Shown here: in pieces, positions 45,981 through 51,371 of the stretch
Layout: each line of letters opens with the position of its first letter
Numbering within the stretch: the stretch's first letter is position 1
Origin: a virus
Lineage: Duplodnaviria > Caudoviricetes
Length of the DNA: 51,371 nucleotides
Direction: 5' to 3' (one strand)
Virus record (IMG/VR): IMGVR_UViG_3300028792_000007
Span: 1 to 51,371 of that record
The notes under the pieces: generated by a model
The model's database searches: none
Told to the model about the DNA's origin: nothing
What the model saw: the letters and a program-made list of their open reading frames with translations, nothing else
Program-made: the position numbers and the translations under genes

Positions 45981-46670
45981 ATGGCTAAGGCATCCGACAA
46001 CCAGTTCCCGAAGGTGCTGCTGACGCCGGTCGACCCGGCGTCCATCACGCCGCCGACCGGCACCCAGGCGGTGCTGCTGGACTCGACCGACGGGAACAAG
46101 CTCAAGCGGAAGGCCGCCGGAGCCAGCGGTGCGGTCACCGCCATCGAGGGAGCCGGCGGCAGCGGAGGCGCGGCCGGGCGGGTGCTGCTCAAGGAGATCG
46201 TGCTCAGCTCGGCCGCGACCACGATCGACTTCACCAGCAGCGACATCCCCACCAGCGGCTACCGGCACCTCGAGCTGCGGTTCATGGGGCGCTCGGCCAA
46301 GGCCGCGGTCGACCAGGACATCTACCTGTACGCCAACGGCGACACCACCGCAGGCAACTACCTGGCGCAGAGAATCACCGCGACGAACGGCACGCTAGGC
46401 GCCCAGAGCCTGGCCGCCGGCTCCATCGGCTACATCCCGGGCGCGAGCGCCGCCGCGGGCTACGCCGGTCTCGTTCGCGTCGAGCTCCCGAACTTCCTCG
46501 ACACCGCCTTCTACCAGAACGCCTGGCACCAGTCCTGGACGCCCAACGAGCCCTACACCACCCACGGACCGTGGACGTGGAAGAACACCGCGGCGATCAG
46601 CGCGTTGAAGATCTCAGCCGACAACAACTTCGTGGCTGGCACGACCGCGCAGCTCTACGGCCTGGTCTGA
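45981..46670 (+). CDS. Tail fibre-related protein
   Basis: IDF..IPTSGYRHLELR, NGDT...NY, W.NTAAI, GTT.QLYG. Confidence 0.7.
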   Translation: MAKASDNQFPKVLLTPVDPASITPPTGTQAVLLDSTDGNKLKRKAAGASGAVTAIEGAGGSGGAAGRVLLKEIVLSSAATTIDFTSSDIPTSGYRHLELRFMGRSAKAAVDQDIYLYANGDTTAGNYLAQRITATNGTLGAQSLAAGSIGYIPGASAAAGYAGLVRVELPNFLDTAFYQNAWHQSWTPNEPYTTHGPWTWKNTAAISALKISADNNFVAGTTAQLYGLV

Positions 46671-47714
46671 ACCGGACGCGAGGCGCCGCCGGCCCCACTC
46701 GACGACCGGGGCCTCGAGGTACCGGTACGACAGCCACGCGAGACCGAGCGCCAGTTCCACGGCCACGATCCGACCCGTCCCGGTCAGCTCGGCACCGTGG
46801 AACTGGACCCGCAGCAGCACCTGGTGCCACAGGTACCAGCCGTAGGACACCTGCCCGAACCACCGGGCCACCGGGTGCGCGAACAGCGAACCAGCGGCAC
46901 CGTCGGCCAGCCAGATCACCCACGCTGCGGCCAGCGCAACCACGACCGATCCGTAGGTAATCACGGTGAGCATGCTGCCGCCGTACTCCCCGAACGGCAG
47001 GAACGACAACGCCAGCAGCACCGCGAGCCCAACAGCCGGTCGCACCCTCGGCCGGCCCAGCCGGCCCTCGTGCTGGAGAGCGGCGACCGCACAGCCGATC
47101 AGCAGAGCGAACGCCGTGGTGTCGGGCGCGTAGTAGACGCGCGCAAAGCCGAACAGGGTGGCAGCCAGCAACCGCCAGACGACCGACACCGCGGCAAGGC
47201 CGACGACGAGCTGGCTGAGCCGGAGCCGGCGCACCCCGAGCAGGGCTACCAGCATGATCGGCCAGGCCAGGTAGAACAACTCTTCCACCGACAGCGACCA
47301 GGTGTGGTCGAGCAGACCACCGACGTCACCACCCGCCGCGCACACGATGCTCGACAAGTACAGCAACACCACGGTCGCGTCCCGAGGGTAGCCCGCCAGC
47401 CGCGGGTCGCCGGTCATCGTGAGGAGTACTGGCACCGCGGCGAGCACGACTAGAAGCGCCGGCAGCAGCCGGACCGCGCGGCGCCAGTAGAACGCGGCGA
47501 ACCGGATCCGGCCGCCGCGGTCACGCTCGGCCAGCAGCACCCCGGTGATCAGGTAGCCGGAGAGCACGAAAAACAGGATCAGGCCCACGAGCCCGCCGTA
47601 CCGCAGCACGGCGTGGTCGAGGTGTCCGGCGACGACGAGCAGGATCGCGATCCCGCGAACCCCGTCCAGTGCCGGCCGACGACCGAGCCGCCAGACCTCC
47701 CCCGTTGATGCCAT
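46614..47714 (-). CDS. Acyltransferase-3 (OafA/OatA-like) membrane O-acyltransferase
   Basis: RPALDGVRGIAILLVV, FFVLSGYLIT, FYWRRAVRLLP, HTWSLSVEE.FY, G.VSYGWYLWH, SYRYLE.P; many TM helices. The true start is about 47714, not 48776. Confidence 0.92.
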   Translation of the reverse strand: MASTGEVWRLGRRPALDGVRGIAILLVVAGHLDHAVLRYGGLVGLILFFVLSGYLITGVLLAERDRGGRIRFAAFYWRRAVRLLPALLVVLAAVPVLLTMTGDPRLAGYPRDATVVLLYLSSIVCAAGGDVGGLLDHTWSLSVEELFYLAWPIMLVALLGVRRLRLSQLVVGLAAVSVVWRLLAATLFGFARVYYAPDTTAFALLIGCAVAALQHEGRLGRPRVRPAVGLAVLLALSFLPFGEYGGSMLTVITYGSVVVALAAAWVIWLADGAAGSLFAHPVARWFGQVSYGWYLWHQVLLRVQFHGAELTGTGRIVAVELALGLAWLSYRYLEAPVVEWGRRRLASGSDQAVELRGRASHEVVVG

Positions 47715-47799
47715 CCACCGAGTGTGCAACACCCCCCGCGGCCGCCGCCAGGCGTTCGTCCACTGCCCCACCCACCCGCACCCGTGAGGGGGACACCAC

Positions 47800-48192
47800 A
47801 TGACCGATGAGCCAGGCGGTTGGGAACTCAAGCGAGCGCTGAGCGATCTCCGCACCGACGTGCGCGACGGCAACAAGGCAATCCGTGACGAGATCGCGAA
47901 GCTCGTCACCAGCGACGCCCACGCCTCCGACGTGCTGCGTCTGGAGGACCGGATCAAGGGCCTCGCCGACGACCTCGCCGCCGAGCGGCAGGCACGGGTC
48001 GAGGCGGTCGCGCTCGAGCGGGAGACCCGCACCATCGAGCACAACCACGAGGTCACCGCCCGCAAGGAGTCCCAGGCGTCCATCCAGGCGCAGATGGACC
48101 GGACCGCGACATGGGTCCGCTGGGTCGCCGCCTCGGTGATCATCCCGATCGTCCTGTTCATCGCAACCATCCTCACCTCTCGGGGAGCATGA
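47800..48192 (+). CDS. Coiled-coil protein with C-terminal TM (lysis cassette)
   Basis: GAGGGGG RBS; EP..WEL.R, coiled coil, [18 protein letters not shown]. Confidence 0.75.
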   Translation: MTDEPGGWELKRALSDLRTDVRDGNKAIRDEIAKLVTSDAHASDVLRLEDRIKGLADDLAAERQARVEAVALERETRTIEHNHEVTARKESQASIQAQMDRTATWVRWVAASVIIPIVLFIATILTSRGA

Positions 48193-48815
48193 CCATGCGC
48201 ACCATCAAGTGGGCGGCCGTCGTCGTCGCGTTCGTGCTGATCGGGCTCGTGCTCGCGATGCTCGCGAACCAGCAGGCAACCAGCGACGCCCGGATCTCCG
48301 ACCTCACCCACCGCAACGTCACCCTCGAGGTGGCAGCGAACCGCGACGCGGCCGCAGCGACCGCGCTCGCACGCCAGGTCCGCCGCCTCGGCGGCCGCCC
48401 GGTCGTACAGCCCACGGCAGTCCCGACACCCGTCGCGGGGCCGCAGGGCTCGACCGGCAACACCGGACCTCGAGGACCCGCCGGCGCCCAGGGGATCCCG
48501 GGTCCCCGGGGCGCGACCGGTGCCCGCGGCCAGACGGGCCCGGACGGCCAGCCTGGTGTTCCCGGCCCCGCCGGCGACCGCGGCAGCAGCGGGGAGACCG
48601 GACCCCAAGGCCCGACCGGACCGCCTGGACCGCCTGGGCCGGCCGGGGAGCAGGGCCCGAAGGGCGACCCGGGAGACGCCGGTGCGCAGGGCCCGCGCGG
48701 TGAGCAGGGCCCCGCCGGCCCGGCCTGTCCGGACGGCTACCAGCCCGAGCCCCGCACGGTGCACACCGACGAGCACCCCGCCGGCGAGACCGTCCTGGTC
48801 TGCGTCCAGTCCTGA
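48189..48815 (+). CDS. Membrane-anchored collagen-like protein
   Basis: N-terminal [15 protein letters not shown], 32 uninterrupted Gly-X-Y triplets (48438-48725), CPDGY...VC. Confidence 0.85.
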   Translation: MTMRTIKWAAVVVAFVLIGLVLAMLANQQATSDARISDLTHRNVTLEVAANRDAAAATALARQVRRLGGRPVVQPTAVPTPVAGPQGSTGNTGPRGPAGAQGIPGPRGATGARGQTGPDGQPGVPGPAGDRGSSGETGPQGPTGPPGPPGPAGEQGPKGDPGDAGAQGPRGEQGPAGPACPDGYQPEPRTVHTDEHPAGETVLVCVQS

Positions 48816-48883
48816 TCACCCGCCCCGACCTCGCCCGCGCCATCACCCGGCTCGCGGGCTATCCCGACCTGCCAGGAGGAACC

Positions 48884-49612
48884 ATGTCGAAGTACGCGGC
48901 GCCCACACCGCCCATGATCGCGGCCCGCTGGAAGGGTGGCCCACAGGTCCCGAAGGTTGTCGTCATGCACTGCACCGTCTCGTCGTGCATCCCAGGGGCC
49001 GCGCGAGCCATCGCACGCTTCTTCGCCACCGAGAACAACAAGACCAGCGCGCACTATGTTCGTGACCCTCACGAGACGATCCAGAGCGTCCCGGATCACG
49101 TCGTCGCCTACCACTGCGGCCACAACCAGGACAGCATCGGGTACGAGCTCTGCGACCTGCAGGCCGGACCTGACTCGCGGTGGAGCGACAAGAACCACGA
49201 GGACATGCTGCTCGGCGCCGCCAAGGACGTGGCCCAGCTCTGCCTCGCCTACGGAATCCCGATCGTGCGGCTATCCGTTGCTGACCTCAAGGCAGGCAAG
49301 GGCGGCATCTGCGGCCACGTGGACGAGTCCAACGCCTTCCACGGCTCCACCCACACCGACCCCGGACCCGGGTTCCCGTGGGCCCATTTCATGGGCCTCG
49401 TCCGGGCTGCGGCGAACGCGCTGCAGGCGCCGACCTCGGGCGTCTCCCAACGCGACGTCGTGCCACCCGTCAAGGCCACCCACGCACCCAACATCGACGC
49501 CGCGGACGCCTCGCTCGCCAAGGCCGGCAAGGTCTCCCAGGGCGCCAAGGCCAAGGCCATCGCCGCCGCGCGGAAGTTGCTCGCGCCGTTCCGGAGCACG
49601 GGAAAAGCCTGA
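48884..49612 (+). CDS. Endolysin, N-acetylmuramoyl-L-alanine amidase (Amidase_2)
   Basis: AGGAGG RBS; VVMHCT, SAHY, AYHCG, SIGYEL, ICGH, HTDPG..FPW. Confidence 0.92.
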   Translation: MSKYAAPTPPMIAARWKGGPQVPKVVVMHCTVSSCIPGAARAIARFFATENNKTSAHYVRDPHETIQSVPDHVVAYHCGHNQDSIGYELCDLQAGPDSRWSDKNHEDMLLGAAKDVAQLCLAYGIPIVRLSVADLKAGKGGICGHVDESNAFHGSTHTDPGPGFPWAHFMGLVRAAANALQAPTSGVSQRDVVPPVKATHAPNIDAADASLAKAGKVSQGAKAKAIAAARKLLAPFRSTGKA

Positions 49613-49628
49613 GCGGCCTGCGGGTCGC
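49600..49628 (+). promoter_or_regulatory. Candidate -1 programmed frameshift signal (G GGA AAA plus 3' stem-loop)
   Basis: Heptamer 49600-49606 is in phase with the endolysin. GCGGCC-TGCG-GGTCGC stem starts 6 nt downstream. The -1 frame encodes the EEP domain. Confidence 0.6.
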
Positions 49629-50214
49629 GACCTTCAACGTCGACCAGTTCCGTGCCGTCGACCACCAGTGGGCCGACCTGGCCGGCGTCCTCGAGCACGC
49701 CGACGTCGTCCTCCTCCAGGAGACGGTGCACCTCGACCTGGTCGCCCGGGTCCGCACGGTGCCCGGGTGGGCGGCGTGGCAGCAGCGGGCCGGCACCAAT
49801 GACGGCCACGCCAACACCGCGGTGCTGCTGCGCAGCAGCCTCGGTTTGAGGGACGCCGGCCAGCGGTTCCTCGTCGACTCGGCCGACACCCGCCGCCGGT
49901 ACGTCACCTGGGCGACGCTGGCCAGCGGCCTCACCGTCGCCGCCGCCCACCTGCCCCCCGCCCGCGACAAGGCCGACCTCCCTGCCGCGCTGGCCAACCT
50001 GCGCCGGTTCGCCCGAGCCCACCGCCGCGGTGGCCTCGTCATCGGCCTGGACTCCAACACCGACCAGCACGGCCCCCTCGAGCACGCCACCGGCCTCACC
50101 TGGGCCGGCACCGGCATCGACGGGTTCCTCACCAACCTCGGCCAGCACGGCCTCCACCAGCTCGACCGCCGCTACTCCGACCACCACCCGCTCGTCACCA
50201 CCCTCACCTCCTGA
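49609..50214 (+). CDS. Endonuclease/exonuclease/phosphatase (EEP) domain with no canonical start codon
   Basis: LRVATFNV, ADVVLLQE, AHL, IGLDSN, ID, SDHHPL. The first downstream in-frame GTG (49726) lies after the conserved N and E. Confidence 0.8.
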   Translation: MSGLRVATFNVDQFRAVDHQWADLAGVLEHADVVLLQETVHLDLVARVRTVPGWAAWQQRAGTNDGHANTAVLLRSSLGLRDAGQRFLVDSADTRRRYVTWATLASGLTVAAAHLPPARDKADLPAALANLRRFARAHRRGGLVIGLDSNTDQHGPLEHATGLTWAGTGIDGFLTNLGQHGLHQLDRRYSDHHPLVTTLTS

Positions 50215-50228
50215 AGGAGCACGCCAGC

Positions 50229-50585
50229 ATGAAGATCTTCGGCCGCGAACCCATCGCCATCATCGCCGGCCTCCAGGCCCTGCTCGCCCTGTTCTGCTCG
50301 CTCGGCTGGCTCGCCACCCTCGGCATCAACACCCAGGGCGACGTCGCCATCGTCGTGCTCGTCCTCAACGCCGCGGCCGCCGTCGTCGTCGCCATCACCA
50401 CCCGCGCGACCCTCCTCGCCCCCGTCGTCGAGCTCGCCAAGGCCGTCCTGTCCCTGGCCGCGATCTACAACCTGCACCTGAGCAACGAGCAGACCGGCTT
50501 CCTCCTCGGCGCCATCCCGCTGCTGCTCGCCCTGCTCCACCGCAGCCAGACCACCCCGGTCGCCACCGCGATCTCCAACGCCTGA
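50229..50585 (+). CDS. Holin
   Basis: AAGGAG RBS; MKIFGREP, several hydrophobic helices, R.QTTPV; in the lysis cassette. Confidence 0.8.
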   Translation: MKIFGREPIAIIAGLQALLALFCSLGWLATLGINTQGDVAIVVLVLNAAAAVVVAITTRATLLAPVVELAKAVLSLAAIYNLHLSNEQTGFLLGAIPLLLALLHRSQTTPVATAISNA

Positions 50586-50630
50586 CCCTCCCTGCCACGC
50601 CCAGAGCTGTACGACGACAGGAGCCACACC

Positions 50631-51326
50631 ATGGCGACCACCAACCGCAACGAGTTCGGCGGCGGCCTCTCCGACCAGGCGGTGAGCATCAACGGCCGAG
50701 ACATCCTCCTGCCGCCCGCCGGCGCCCTCGCGACCTGCTGGTCCGGGCCCCCCGAGGACCTCGACCGGGTGCAGTACGACGACCTGCGCGCCATCGACGA
50801 CGCCGCCACGGTGATCAGCCAGATCCGGTTCACCGCCGCCGGCACCCTGCCGCGCTTCAAGGGGCCACCCAACGACGCCGTCACCCGGCTGTGGGTGTCC
50901 GCCGACGGCGGCACCACCGGCCTGTGGCTCGGCATGACCGACCTCCACCCGGTGGCCGCGACGGGCTCCTACATCGACCTCGGCGACAAGCCGACGATCC
51001 CCACCACGCCGGGGCAGGTCGCCGCCGATCCGGCCGGTGCCGCAGCTGCAGCGCAGGCCGCGGCAATCGCAGCCGCGTCGACGGACGCCACCAGCAAGGC
51101 CAACGCCGCCCAGGCGGGGGCTCAGGCTGCCTCGACCCCGGTCGCGCACGCCACGAACACGGCCAACCCGCACGCGGTCACCAAGGCCCAGGTCGGCCTC
51201 GCCCTGGCCGACAACACCTCCGACGCCGGCAAGCCCGTCAGCACCGCCCAGGCGACCGCCGACGCCAACGTCCTCGCGACCGCCACCGGCCGCTCCATCG
51301 TCAACGCACTGATCTACGGAGGCTGA
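50631..51326 (+). CDS. Tail fibre-like protein
   Basis: AGGAG RBS; NPHAVTKAQVGL..ADNTSD..KPVSTAQ fibre repeat motif; VAATGSY.DL.DKPTIP. Confidence 0.75.
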   Translation: MATTNRNEFGGGLSDQAVSINGRDILLPPAGALATCWSGPPEDLDRVQYDDLRAIDDAATVISQIRFTAAGTLPRFKGPPNDAVTRLWVSADGGTTGLWLGMTDLHPVAATGSYIDLGDKPTIPTTPGQVAADPAGAAAAAQAAAIAAASTDATSKANAAQAGAQAASTPVAHATNTANPHAVTKAQVGLALADNTSDAGKPVSTAQATADANVLATATGRSIVNALIYGG

Positions 51327-51371
51327 CCCCATGGCTACACCGAACCTCTCGGCCATCACCACCGTCACCCC
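51249..51371 (+). repeat. Terminal overlap, right copy
   Basis: Matches 1-123 with one mismatch. Confidence 0.95.

Larger units (their letters stand above)
1..51371. mobile_element. Complete temperate siphovirus-type actinobacteriophage genome (circular/excised form, intact attP)
   Basis: Contains integrase next to attP, repressor, replication, terminase, portal, capsid, tail, tape measure and lysis genes. The ends overlap by 123 bp and no host housekeeping genes are seen. High GC and actinophage-type gene families. Confidence 0.95.

Noticed and set aside
43300-46670. Diversity-generating retroelement or invertible tail-fibre switch
   Set aside because: No reverse transcriptase, invertase, template/variable repeat pair or flanking inverted repeats seen.
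47715-48776. N-terminal half of the 720-aa minus-strand ORF
   Set aside because: Antisense to two real lysis-region genes; acyltransferase motifs begin only after ATG 47714.
49378-49608. GTG 49378 as the start of the EEP gene
   Set aside because: Would need a 235-bp overlap with the endolysin and adds an Arg/Gly-rich shadow-frame peptide; no clear SD.
51249-51371. Biological direct terminal repeat
   Set aside because: It falls mid-operon across two genes, far from the terminase region; more consistent with assembler circular overlap.

Overview
This window looks like one complete, circularly permuted genome of a temperate siphovirus-type phage of a high-GC actinobacterium. It has about 51,248 unique bp, because bases 1-123 repeat at 51249-51371. 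Modules in order: distal tail-fibre/glycosidase genes (wrapping the contig join); an accessory cassette (ParB-like gene, HTH, HNH); attP (3' end of a tRNA-Leu-like gene) and tyrosine integrase; a divergent repressor/xis switch; a long early operon (two ParB proteins, a degenerate DnaQ exonuclease, DUF2303 pair, a tRNA-like RNA, an ART-like gene, a replication initiator with internal iterons, VRR-Nuc); HNH/terminase/portal/head genes; tail genes; an antisense acyltransferase-3 moron; and a lysis cassette. Two observations stand out. (1) The endolysin ends in an in-phase G GGA AAA -1 slippery site with a 3' stem-loop, leading into an EEP phosphoesterase frame that has no canonical start, which suggests a frameshift-controlled amidase/amidase-EEP lysin pair. 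(2) The tail assembly chaperone locus has no frameshift and instead encodes G plus a separate, duplicated and fused G'-T gene behind a strong hairpin. All product calls come from motif recognition by eye; no searches were run.
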